Source of the DNA: an uncultured bacterium
Lineage (GTDB): Bacteria; Verrucomicrobiota; Verrucomicrobiia; Limisphaerales; UBA8199
Direction: 5' to 3'
Assembly: GCA_963749495.1 (NCBI GenBank)
Contig: CAVVMW010000021.1
Span: forward strand, 800,001 to 864,000
Length of the DNA: 64,000 bases
Below the pieces are notes generated by a model. That model saw only the letters and a program-made list of their open reading frames with translations. It was not told where the DNA came from and did not search any database. Positions 8,802-18,805 of this stretch are shown piece by piece. Position 1 is the stretch's first letter; every line of letters begins with the position of its first letter. The translations under genes were made by a program, and so were the position numbers.

Positions 8802-9836
8802 ATGAAACGACTGGGCATCGCCGAGGCGCTACGGGAGGCCATCGCCGAAGAAATGGAGCGCGACCCGCGCGTCTTTTGCATCGGCGAAGACATCGGCGTG
8901 CCGGGCGGATGGGGCGGGGCGTTCACCGTCACGCTCGGCCTGGAGCAGAGGTTCCCCGGCCGCATGATCAATACGCCCATTGCCGAGTTGGGCTTTTTCG
9001 GCGTCGCCATCGGGGCCGCGCTGATGGGCATGCGGCCCATAGCCGATGTACAGTATGGGGATTTTCTGTTGCTGGCCAGCGACCAAATCATCAACAACGC
9101 GGCCAAGATGCGTTACATGTCCGGGGGCCGGCTCAAAGTGCCGCTGGTGATGCGCGCCCCCATCGGTGCGACCGGCCGGGGCTCCCAGCACGCCCAGAGC
9201 CTGGAACGTTTTTTCACCGGTGTGCCCGGCCTGAAGGTAGTGGCGCCCTCGAACGCCTACGACGCCAAGGGTCTGTTGAAGGCCGCCGTCCGCGACGACA
9301 ACCCGGTTCTGATCTTCGAGCACAAATTGCTCTACGGCTCGCGCGGCGCCCGCGCCGAATCCGGCGCCACCGATGCCACCAGCGACATTCCGGACCAGGA
9401 TTACACGGTGCCACTGGACCGGGCAGCGGTGCGCCGCGAGGGTTCGCACGTCACGATCCTGGCGTGGCTCCTAATGCTCCATCACTCGCTGGCGGCCGCC
9501 GAATCGCTGGCGGCCCAAGGCGTTTCCGCCGAAGTGCTGGACGTGCGCAGCCTCTCGCCCCTGGATTACGAGACCATCGGTGCCTCGGTGCGCAAGACCG
9601 GGCGTGTGGTGATTGTCGAGGAGGGTCCGAAAACCGGGGGCGTGGGCGCCGAATTGGCGGCGGGGATCATGGAACGGTTCGGGGAGGGCCTGCTCGCGCC
9701 CGTGATCCGGGTGGCATCGCCCGATATCCCCGTGCCGTTCAGTCCGGTGCTGGAAAAGGCCTACCGCCCCGGTGTCCCCCGCATCGTCGAGGCTGCCGCG
9801 CGGTTGGCGTCATATGGGACTAAGTTGCTATGCTGA
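8802..9836 (+). CDS. Dehydrogenase E1 beta subunit
   Basis: GEDIG, NTPIAE, QHAQS, DNPVLIFEHK; AAGGAG RBS upstream. Confidence 0.92.
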   Translation: MKRLGIAEALREAIAEEMERDPRVFCIGEDIGVPGGWGGAFTVTLGLEQRFPGRMINTPIAELGFFGVAIGAALMGMRPIADVQYGDFLLLASDQIINNAAKMRYMSGGRLKVPLVMRAPIGATGRGSQHAQSLERFFTGVPGLKVVAPSNAYDAKGLLKAAVRDDNPVLIFEHKLLYGSRGARAESGATDATSDIPDQDYTVPLDRAAVRREGSHVTILAWLLMLHHSLAAAESLAAQGVSAEVLDVRSLSPLDYETIGASVRKTGRVVIVEEGPKTGGVGAELAAGIMERFGEGLLAPVIRVASPDIPVPFSPVLEKAYRPGVPRIVEAAARLASYGTKLLC

Positions 9837-12800
9837 AGCTTCGTTATTGGTTGCCGGCGGCGGGTGCTCTACTGGTCTTGGGGCTCGTTCCGGTTGCGGC
9901 GCAGGTGCGGCTTACGGAATTCATGGCCAGCAATACGCACACGCTGGTGGATGAGGACGGAGATTCTTCCGATTGGATCGAGGTTCAAAACACCACCGCG
10001 ACCGATGTCAACCTGCTCAACTGGGCGCTGACCGATCGTGCCGGCAACCCGGCCAAATGGCTCTTCCCGGCTACGAACATGGCGCCCGGCAGTTTCCTGG
10101 TCGTCTTTGCGTCCGGCAAGGACCGCCGCGTGCCCGGGGCGCAGCTCCACACCAATTTCAAGCTCAATAGCGCCGGCGAGTATCTCGCGCTTTTCCGTCC
10201 GGATGGCACGGCTGCAACCGAGATCTCGCCCGCCTACCCGGCCCAGTTCCCCGATGTCTCCTATGGCTTGGCAATGCAGCTCGAGACCGCGGTGCTGGTC
10301 GCGAGCAACGCCCCGGTGCTTTACCGCGTTCCTGTCAGTGCCGCCGATGATGCCGACTGGACCCAGCCGGGCTTCACGAGCGTGGGCTGGCAGGCTGGAA
10401 CCAACGGAATGGGCTACGAAGCCGGCCTCCCTGACTCCGTTGAGGGAACCTTCGCGTCGAAAGTGCTGGCTACGGGGCCGGTGGCTTACTGGCGGCTGAA
10501 CGAAACCAACGGCACCGAAGCGGTTAATTCCGGCACGGCAGGTGTGGAAGACCAAGGGGGCTACATGGGAGCGATCCTCCTGGGCAAGAGCGGTCCGCGC
10601 CCGCCGCAGTTCGCCACCTTCGAAACGAACAACACGGCCCCTCTTTTTGACGGCACGAGCGCTTATGTGAATGGCCCGTTTGAACTCGTCAACGATCTGC
10701 CGGCATTCACCATTGCAGGATGGATAAACCCGACTGCCGCGCAAGGCAATCGCACGGGCCTCTTTGGGCAAAACGACACCATCGAGTTTGGCTTCATCGC
10801 GCCCGGGACGATCCAGGTCTGGACGGCCTATGGATCGGTCACTGTCGGCTATCCCTTCCCCAACAACCAATGGCATCATGTCATGGCAATAGGCGGGAAT
10901 GGGCGGCTTGCGCTGTACTTCGACGGAACTCTAGCGGGGGCCACGGCCACTTCACCCGCCAATTTTGGGGAATCGCAATTCGATTTCAATATCGGCGGTG
11001 GCGGAGTGTTTGACCCAACGGGCAATTACTTCCAAGGGCTGATCAATGAAGTGGCGGTCTGGTTCCGCGCGCTCTCCACGAACGAGATCGACACAATGCT
11101 CGGGACAAATGCCGCTCACGTGGATTACTCGCCGTACATCGCAACGGATGTCCGGACGCAGATGTTCGGCTCAAACTCGACCGCTTACGTGCGGATCCCC
11201 TTTATGGTTGCCGACCCGGGGGCTTTCGACTCGCTCAGACTGCTGGCGCGCTATGACGACGGTTTCGCGGCGTTCTTGAATGGGCATCCTATAGCGAGAT
11301 CGAACGCGCCGGCGGCGCTGAGCTGGGATGCCGCGGCCACCCAGAGCCATCCGGATTCCGAAGCGGTGCAGTGGGAAACATTCGACATCAGCGCCGCCCT
11401 GCCCTATCTCCAGCCTGGGAGCAACGTGCTGGCGGTCCAGGGCCTCAACGTCGCCGCAACCAACGGCGACTTCCTGCTGCAAGTCCAACTGCTGGCCGGA
11501 TCGCTCACGGCTTCCACCGACCTGTGGCGCTATTTCATTGTGCCGACGCCCGGCGGCCCCAACGGAACGGGCACCAACGACCTGGGTCCGATTCTGACCG
11601 CCGCAGGCCACGTCCCCGGCGTGCCGCAAGCTGGCGACTCGCTTGCCGTTACGGCACACGTGGCGCAGGCCTTCAGTCCGCTCTCCCAGGTCACGCTCCA
11701 TTACCGTGTCATGTTCAATCCCGAGGTCTCCGTGTCCATGAACGACTCGGGCACCAACGGCGATGCTTGGCCGGACGACGGCATCTGGACCGCGACGCTG
11801 CCCGGGGGCATCGCCTCGCCGGGGCAAATGATTCGTTACTACGTCACCGCCACGGACACCGCAGGGCATGTCTCCCGCTGGCCGCTTTACCCGGACCCGG
11901 CTGATTCGCAGCAGTATTTGGGCACGATGGTCGCCGGCCCGTCGGTGGCGTCACAGTTGCCCGTCGCCTGGCTTTTCATACAGAACCCGTCCGCCGCCGA
12001 CAACCAGACGGGCACCCGGGCCTCGCTCTTTTATCTCAACGAACTCTACGACAACCTCACCATCTACGTCCACGGCCAGTCTTCCGTCGGCTGGCCCAAG
12101 AAAAGCCACAACCTGGATTTCCCCGCGGACCACCGGTTTCTCTACAAGCCAAACGGCGTGCGCCAGAAGAAGATGATTTTCATGAGCAACTACAGCGACA
12201 AAGCCCGGATGCGGACGACGCTGACTTACGCGATTACAGCGCAGGGAGGCGGTGTGGCCTTCTTCTCGTTTCCGATTCGCATCCAGCTCAACGGCTCCTT
12301 CTGGGGAATCGAAGACATGGTCGAGCACGGGGACGACCTGTTCCTCGAACGCATTGGAAGGGACGGCAATGGCGCCCTTTACAAGATGTACAACGACATG
12401 AGCAGCGCCTCCGGCAATGAGAAGAAAACCCGCCACCAGGAGGGCACCGCAGACCTGAGCGCCTTCATTGCCGGCCTGAATGAATCGATCCCTCTGGCCA
12501 ATCGCATCCTTTACGCTTATGACAACCTCGACCTGCCGCAGACCGCCAGCTTTTTCGCCAATCTCGCGATCACCAGCAACCAGGATGTCGGCCACAAAAA
12601 CTACTATCTCTATCGTGACAGCGAGGGCACCGGCCAATGGTCTATTTTCCCCTGGGATGTGGACCTTTCCTGGGGACGCGACTGGGTGGATGGCTTTCCC
12701 GGATCCAATTACTTCAACGATGTGATGTTCCAAACCAACACGCTGAGTTTCTACCCCGGCGCGCCCATTCAGAGCAAACCGTCCAACCGGCTTTTCGATC

Positions 12801-14692
12801 TGTTCTTTGCCGGCGCCGATTTTCGCCAGATGTATTTGCGCCGGCTCCGCACGCTCATGGATACCATTCTCAGGCCGCCCGGCACACCGGCCGACGGCCT
12901 GGTGATCGAACCGCTCATCCGCCAGTACGAAAGCGCCTTGAATCCGGCGACCTTCCAGCCTTCGGACGCCGCACTCGACAACGCGGCTTGGGGGCCGTCC
13001 TGGGGCGATGTGAGTTTAAGCCGCTTTCCCAACGACGCCGAGCGGCTGATCGCAGTTCACCTGGCCGGCCGGCGGACTTTTCTCTTCACGAGTGGGAAGG
13101 CCACGCTCAACGGTTACCCCATCCCGCCATCGCAACCGGCCAACACGATCGTTTCCTTCGGCTCGTGGGACTTCCAACCGGTGAGCGGAAACCAAAACGA
13201 ACAGTACATCGAACTGCGCAACACTAATTCCTACGCTGCAGACGTGTCGAACTGGAGGCTAACCGGGGGCGTCACCTTTAGCCTGCGCCCCGGCACGGTG
13301 ATTCCGGCCGGGAAGTCGCTTTACCTCGCGGCCAATGTCAACGCGTTCCGGGCGCGCACGAACAGCCCGAGCGGCCGGCAGGGCCTCTTCGTCCAGGGCC
13401 CGTTCGCCGGCTTTCTCAGCGCACAAGGCAATACGCCCCTCATCCTGGAAGATGACCAAGGCGCAGCCATTAGCAGAAACCCGTTCGCCGGCAACCCATC
13501 TTCCGTTCAATTCGTGGCCGGGAATCTGGCTGTTCTGCGCCTCGGCGACGGGTCCGAAACCCTGTCCAGTCGCGGCAACTCTGTTTTCCTGGATCAATTC
13601 ACCACCAACGGCACGCTCGTCTTGAGCATCCCGATCCCGGACAATGCCGCAAACGCGCTGATCATCAGCGGCAGCGCGGACTCGGAAGGCGCTCTGACCC
13701 GGACGCCCGACGGAAGATTGCTGGTGTTGGCTGGTTACCAAATCCCGTTGACCAACGCTGCCGTGCTTGGTTCCTCGCTGGCTGACGCCGATGCGACAGT
13801 GGTTCCGCGCGCCGTCGGGGTCGTGGACATGAGCGGCGCATTTGCCCTTGCCGCCGTCACCACCAATCAATACAGCCGGAACAACATTCGCTCTGCCGCT
13901 TCCGACGGCGCGGGAAACTACTGGGGGGCGGGGGCGAACAGCGGCACCTGTTATTTGGGCGGCGGGGCTCCCGCGACCATCCAGGATGGCATCAAAAACA
14001 CTGCGGTCATACAGGACATTGGGGGAAACCTCTTTCTCAGCACGAGCAGCGCCGCCCCGGGTCTATGGCAGATCCACGGAACACCGACCCAGCCCACCGG
14101 CGCCGCTCTCATTCTGAGCGAGCAACCGGGCGCCGACCCGTTCGCCTTCGCGTTCAACCCCAGCTTCACCATCGCCTATGTCGCCGATGACACCCTGACC
14201 GGCGCGGGGGGCGTGCAGAGATGGGACTTCACGGGCGGCGCGTGGTCCTTCACCTACGCGTTCATGGGCCTGACCAACGCCGGCGCGCGCGGGCTAGCCG
14301 TGGATTTCACCGGCGCACTCCCCATTCTCTACGCAACCTCGGCCCAGGCGGCCAACAACCAGTTGGTTGCCTTGACCGACACCGGCCCGGCCTCAGCGGT
14401 GATTCCATTGGCGACCGCGGGTGTGAACCAGATCTTCCGCGGCCTGGCCTTCGCACCTTCCGGGTCCAGCGCGCCTCGCTTCTTAGCGGGCAGCCCGAGT
14501 GCGAGCGGATTCAAGCTCGTGTGGACCGCGCTGATCAACCGGGATTACACGCTGCAATACACGGACAACCTGGCCGGGACGAACTGGCTGACGCTCACCA
14601 ACGTTGCCGCCATGACCCCGGTTCTGACCACGACCGACCCAGGGGCCGCCGCCGCCGCCAGTCGCTTCTACCGGTTGATCCTCAATCCTTGA
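9830..14692 (+). CDS. Large secreted protein with lamin-tail, LamG and CotH kinase-like domains
   Basis: Signal peptide, EFMASN...SDWIE, PVAYWRLNE, KNYYLY, PWDVDLSWG, C-terminal RFYRL. Confidence 0.85.
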   Translation: MLKLRYWLPAAGALLVLGLVPVAAQVRLTEFMASNTHTLVDEDGDSSDWIEVQNTTATDVNLLNWALTDRAGNPAKWLFPATNMAPGSFLVVFASGKDRRVPGAQLHTNFKLNSAGEYLALFRPDGTAATEISPAYPAQFPDVSYGLAMQLETAVLVASNAPVLYRVPVSAADDADWTQPGFTSVGWQAGTNGMGYEAGLPDSVEGTFASKVLATGPVAYWRLNETNGTEAVNSGTAGVEDQGGYMGAILLGKSGPRPPQFATFETNNTAPLFDGTSAYVNGPFELVNDLPAFTIAGWINPTAAQGNRTGLFGQNDTIEFGFIAPGTIQVWTAYGSVTVGYPFPNNQWHHVMAIGGNGRLALYFDGTLAGATATSPANFGESQFDFNIGGGGVFDPTGNYFQGLINEVAVWFRALSTNEIDTMLGTNAAHVDYSPYIATDVRTQMFGSNSTAYVRIPFMVADPGAFDSLRLLARYDDGFAAFLNGHPIARSNAPAALSWDAAATQSHPDSEAVQWETFDISAALPYLQPGSNVLAVQGLNVAATNGDFLLQVQLLAGSLTASTDLWRYFIVPTPGGPNGTGTNDLGPILTAAGHVPGVPQAGDSLAVTAHVAQAFSPLSQVTLHYRVMFNPEVSVSMNDSGTNGDAWPDDGIWTATLPGGIASPGQMIRYYVTATDTAGHVSRWPLYPDPADSQQYLGTMVAGPSVASQLPVAWLFIQNPSAADNQTGTRASLFYLNELYDNLTIYVHGQSSVGWPKKSHNLDFPADHRFLYKPNGVRQKKMIFMSNYSDKARMRTTLTYAITAQGGGVAFFSFPIRIQLNGSFWGIEDMVEHGDDLFLERIGRDGNGALYKMYNDMSSASGNEKKTRHQEGTADLSAFIAGLNESIPLANRILYAYDNLDLPQTASFFANLAITSNQDVGHKNYYLYRDSEGTGQWSIFPWDVDLSWGRDWVDGFPGSNYFNDVMFQTNTLSFYPGAPIQSKPSNRLFDLFFAGADFRQMYLRRLRTLMDTILRPPGTPADGLVIEPLIRQYESALNPATFQPSDAALDNAAWGPSWGDVSLSRFPNDAERLIAVHLAGRRTFLFTSGKATLNGYPIPPSQPANTIVSFGSWDFQPVSGNQNEQYIELRNTNSYAADVSNWRLTGGVTFSLRPGTVIPAGKSLYLAANVNAFRARTNSPSGRQGLFVQGPFAGFLSAQGNTPLILEDDQGAAISRNPFAGNPSSVQFVAGNLAVLRLGDGSETLSSRGNSVFLDQFTTNGTLVLSIPIPDNAANALIISGSADSEGALTRTPDGRLLVLAGYQIPLTNAAVLGSSLADADATVVPRAVGVVDMSGAFALAAVTTNQYSRNNIRSAASDGAGNYWGAGANSGTCYLGGGAPATIQDGIKNTAVIQDIGGNLFLSTSSAAPGLWQIHGTPTQPTGAALILSEQPGADPFAFAFNPSFTIAYVADDTLTGAGGVQRWDFTGGAWSFTYAFMGLTNAGARGLAVDFTGALPILYATSAQAANNQLVALTDTGPASAVIPLATAGVNQIFRGLAFAPSGSSAPRFLAGSPSASGFKLVWTALINRDYTLQYTDNLAGTNWLTLTNVAAMTPVLTTTDPGAAAAASRFYRLILNP

Positions 14693-14757
14693 CAGGGGGT
14701 CCACATGGCCTCGCTCCTTAGGCCTCCTCAGACCTGTGACACAAGATCGGTCATTGA

Positions 14758-17700
14758 TCAACGGTGGCCCAGCCTTTCTACGCACTCCATCATCTCCTGC
14801 CGGAACGCGCCGATGGTCGCATCGTTGTTGCTGGAGTCGATCACTTCCCGCCCCAAGCCGCGTCCCGCTTCGGCGTAACCTTGATCCAGCAGGCCAGGCA
14901 GGCTGATTTCGATCAGGTGTTTGATCCGCGCGCGGGCGTCGGCTGTGATTTTAGCGCCTCCGTTTCCCTCGGCACTCTTTGCCAGGGAGGCGAGAATACG
15001 GCAGTCTTCCACTCCTTCCCGCACCGCTTCCCAGCGCCGGCTGGTGACGGGCTTCCGGTTCCCGGGATACACCAGCATGTACTCCAGGTCGATCCGTCCC
15101 CACGGATCGCCTCCCTGATTATAACACCAGAAGCCGATGCCGGTCGCGCCGTGCCGAAAGGCGAACAGCGCAGCGGTGCGGTATTGGCCCACCACATTGA
15201 TATTCTTGAGATTCGCCCCCACGGGACGGCTGTAGCCGTAACCGCAATCGTACGACCAGAGCATTTTGCCGCTGTGGCGCACCAGGTCCATGAGCGGGGT
15301 TTTCTCCGTGAGCATAGGAATCGGCGGACACCAGATGTCAATGCAGGGCGCCATCGCCTGGAACATCGTCAACTCGCCCCCGCCATCCACATAGAGCATG
15401 ACGCCGGGTTTGACCGCGTGAACCTGCTGGCCGAACTCGACCAACTCCTTGACGGCATTCCAGCCGTTGCCGCCGGGTTCATCGAAAGGATACAGCGCGA
15501 AGTGGTTCGTATCAAAGCCGAGCGCAGCGAGATGCGCAACGAGTTCGTCCAGGAAAACGTTCAAGTCGCTTTGGTAGCCCATGCTCCCCAGCTTGCCACG
15601 CAACCCGGGCATTCCTGTGAACAGCAGAACCACGTCCTGGCCGTGGAACCTGGCCAGCACGGGGTCCAAGGCGGTGCAGTCGCAGCCGGTCAGGCGCCCT
15701 TGCGCGTCGTACTTGGGCTGGGGCAGCGAAACGCAGAACACATTGTTGCCGTGGGCGAGCAAGTCGTCGACTTGCTTTTCCTCCGGCGCACCCCAGGTGC
15801 AGAGCCGGAAGTCGCCGGGCGGAGCCATGGCAAAGGGCAGGATGCGGAGTTCGATTTGAACCGTGGTTTCCGGTGGAGGCACGGTGTGTGGATTGGCGGG
15901 CGCATCGAGCACGCCCGCACCGTTGAGGGCTTGCAGGCGCACGCGGACCCATTGGTTGCCGGCTTTGGCCTGGGCGAGGTCAATATCCAGCCACAACTCG
16001 CGGCTGGTGAGCGATGGAATGGCCAGAGTTGCCGACTCATCGAGCTCAGGGAGGGGATCCCACGAAACCTCACCCAGCGAAGTGGGCACGCCCACCGAGC
16101 GGTGGGGCGTTGCCAGGATACCGTTCGTAGCCCCCTCGATCTGGATACGCACCAACAGCTCATGATCGGTCACGTTGAACAGGTTCAACGCGACGGGCTC
16201 ATGTTCACCCGGAACCGCCACGTGCCGGACCGAGAGCGGGTTGAGGGCCCTGGCAGGCAGTTGTTCGTCCACCTTGCGGTTCTCCCACAGAGTTCCTTCG
16301 AAAGCCAGCAGGCTGGTGTGCCGGGTCCCAGCGCGAGGGCCTGCCGTGTCAGTTCGGCGATCCGGAGTGCCCGTCGGGACTCGGTGGTGAGAGCCGCCGT
16401 ACGTTCCAGTGTGGTTTGGACCACACTCGGAATGCTGCCCGGCACCGCGTGCTGCCTTATCTCGAGATCCCTCGCGCTGCCCTCCAGCGATTGGGCTTCG
16501 CGCCGAAGCGCGGCGGCGGAGAGCGGCAACTGGGGTTCCGCGGCGTCAGCGGCGCCGCGCAGGGCCGCCGGCGCGCGCGCGGCCAGGGCGCGGTCATTGG
16601 CGAAGGGCTGAAGAAAGACCGAGCGCTCGCCTGAAGCCAGGAGGCGGGCGTGGGCATCCTCGAGCGTCCAACGGAAGCGATAAGTTCCAGGCACGACGAC
16701 CCCGACCGGCATCCGCAATTCGCCGTGCGTGCCCAAGACGCAGGTGGTGGCGACCTGTCGCGCCCCGTCGGCCCGGAGGCAAACGGCGGTGGCGGTGAGC
16801 GGTGATTCCTGGGGCTTGGGGTTGTGGACGGCGAACCGGATTGCCTCACCGGTGAACACCTCATCGCCGGACAGATTCTCCGGCGCCATGCTGACGGTGC
16901 CCGTCTGGCGCAGGCCAAACCAGGAGCCGCTATTGCGCGCGTTGCCGCGATAGGCGCGCCAATGCGCGATGGCATTGGTCGCTGCCGAAGTGCCAAAGCA
17001 GTACACGAGACTGGACTCGCCGCCGGTCAATGCCATTTCCAGCCCGGGCGACTCCGGCGAGATGTCGCCAAAGGCCGGGGTCATATTAATGGTCCGGTGA
17101 TCAAACTGGCGCCGGTAAATGATCTCGCCCTGGTTGTTCAGCACGAGCAGCAGACCGTTCTGCGTGCAGAGGACGTAATCCAGCTTGCCATCACCGTCCA
17201 GGTCAACCATGGCTCCCGGCGCGAGGCTGCGCCCCTGCACATCGATTTCCCAAATCACCCGGCCGTCCTCGTCGAAGCGATAAATGACTCCGGTCTGCGT
17301 GACCAGGCAGATGTCCGCCCGGCCATCGAGGTCAAGGTCGCCGACCGAAAGGCTGGAAGCGGCCGCGCCGCGTGTGGGACGACGCCAGAGGATGGCCCCT
17401 TGGCTGTCGAGGCAGAAGAGTTCACCGGCGCTGGAGGCCGCGGCCACTCGAGCGCGTCCGTCGGACCCGGCAAAGAGGATCGGGGCTGAGGTGGCCCAAG
17501 TCGGTGAGGAGCCGCCGATGTCCCGCTGCCAGAGCACCTGCCCATCGCCCTTGAAAGCGGTCACCACGCCCTCGCCCGTGGCGACGACGATCTCCGGCTT
17601 GCCGTCGCCATCGAGGTCGCCGACGGCCGGGCTGACCGGCCTGCCTTTGACTCTGCTCTGCCAAAGGACTTCGCCTGTGAGGGCCGCGAAGGCCCACACC

Positions 17701-18251
17701 GTGCCGGGTTCATCGGTCTGAATCACCGCGGTTTGGCCGTTGCCCTCCAGATCGCACAGGACGGAGGCGGACCAACTTGAAGGCCCGTTCAACTGGGCGT
17801 GCCAGACCTCCTCGCCTGTGCCGTCAAGGCAAGTTAACAGTCCGCCATTATCCGCCGCGTAAATCAAAGCGGGCTGCCCGGGACGGGTGAGGACCGCCGG
17901 ATAGGTCATGAAGCGCGCTTTGGTTCGCCAGCGCCAGAGGGCCTTTCCGTGAGCGTCCAAGGCGAAGAGTTCTTCGCGGCCAGCGATGACGATCTCCTCG
18001 CGCCCGTCGCCGCGGAGGTCGGCGACGGTCGGTGAACTCTCGAGTAACGACTGCAAGTCCTTTTGCCAAAGCACAGGGAAGTTAAGATTGGCGGCTGCCG
18101 ATTCGGTCAGTGACCCGCAAAGGAAAGTGAAACAAAAGGCCAGGTCACAGGCTCTTGAGATTATCCTCCGGGGCAGCACCGGAAACGCTGGGGTAGGCTC
18201 CAATTGCGTCCCCGGCACGGTGTGGCATTCGTGCGGCATGATGGTTTTCAT
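14758..18251 (-). CDS. Secreted FG-GAP/PQQ beta-propeller protein with C-terminal GH-like (DUF4091-like) domain; frameshift near 16320
   Basis: Repeated DLDGDG motifs in 16185-18302; FDEP and SRRWEAVREGVED in 14758-16272; removing 2 nt at ACACC restores GTSLLAFEGTLWENRKVDEQL; start uncertain. Confidence 0.75.
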
Positions 18252-18446
18252 CAGATTTGGACTGACGTCGGGCAACATTGCAAACTTCGACTTGCCCAGC
18301 ATCTCCAGCCCGGACCCGTGATGTCAACCAAGGAAGCCGGTGAGGTGTTCGGCTTAGGGATTCTGACCTCGAGGCAAAGTCTCCCATTGGGCTGGCCCAG
18401 GCCAACCCGGGCCGGTAAGGCCTCAGGGAAGGCGCGAGCGGCACGG

Positions 18447-18608
18447 CGGGCAGACCCCTCACCCCAACCCTCTCCCCATCGGATGGGGAGAGGGCGGATG
18501 CTCCGCAGCGCCTCGAGGAACCAGAGACGCCTGGAAGTTCAAGAGACTGCCGACGCCTCTCCCTCTCCCCTTTGGAAGGGGAGAGGGCCGGGGTGAGGGG
18601 TCTGCCCG
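18447..18608. repeat. REP-like palindromic element
   Basis: CGGGCAGACCCCTCACCCC ... GGGGTGAGGGGTCTGCCCG. Confidence 0.8.
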
Positions 18609-18805
18609 GCACTCCGTCTCCGCCTTCATTGACCCGTTACCCGGGCTGGCATTACGGGCTTGGCCGCGGCTGCGGTGGCAAGCTATTCTGGCGCCTGATG
18701 AAAACGAATATCATTGTGACGAATGTGCTTCCGGACAAGGTGCCGGATTTGCGTGCGAAAAACCCATGGTATCGCGGGCAGCGGCCGGATTTGTATCGGT
18801 AGCCT

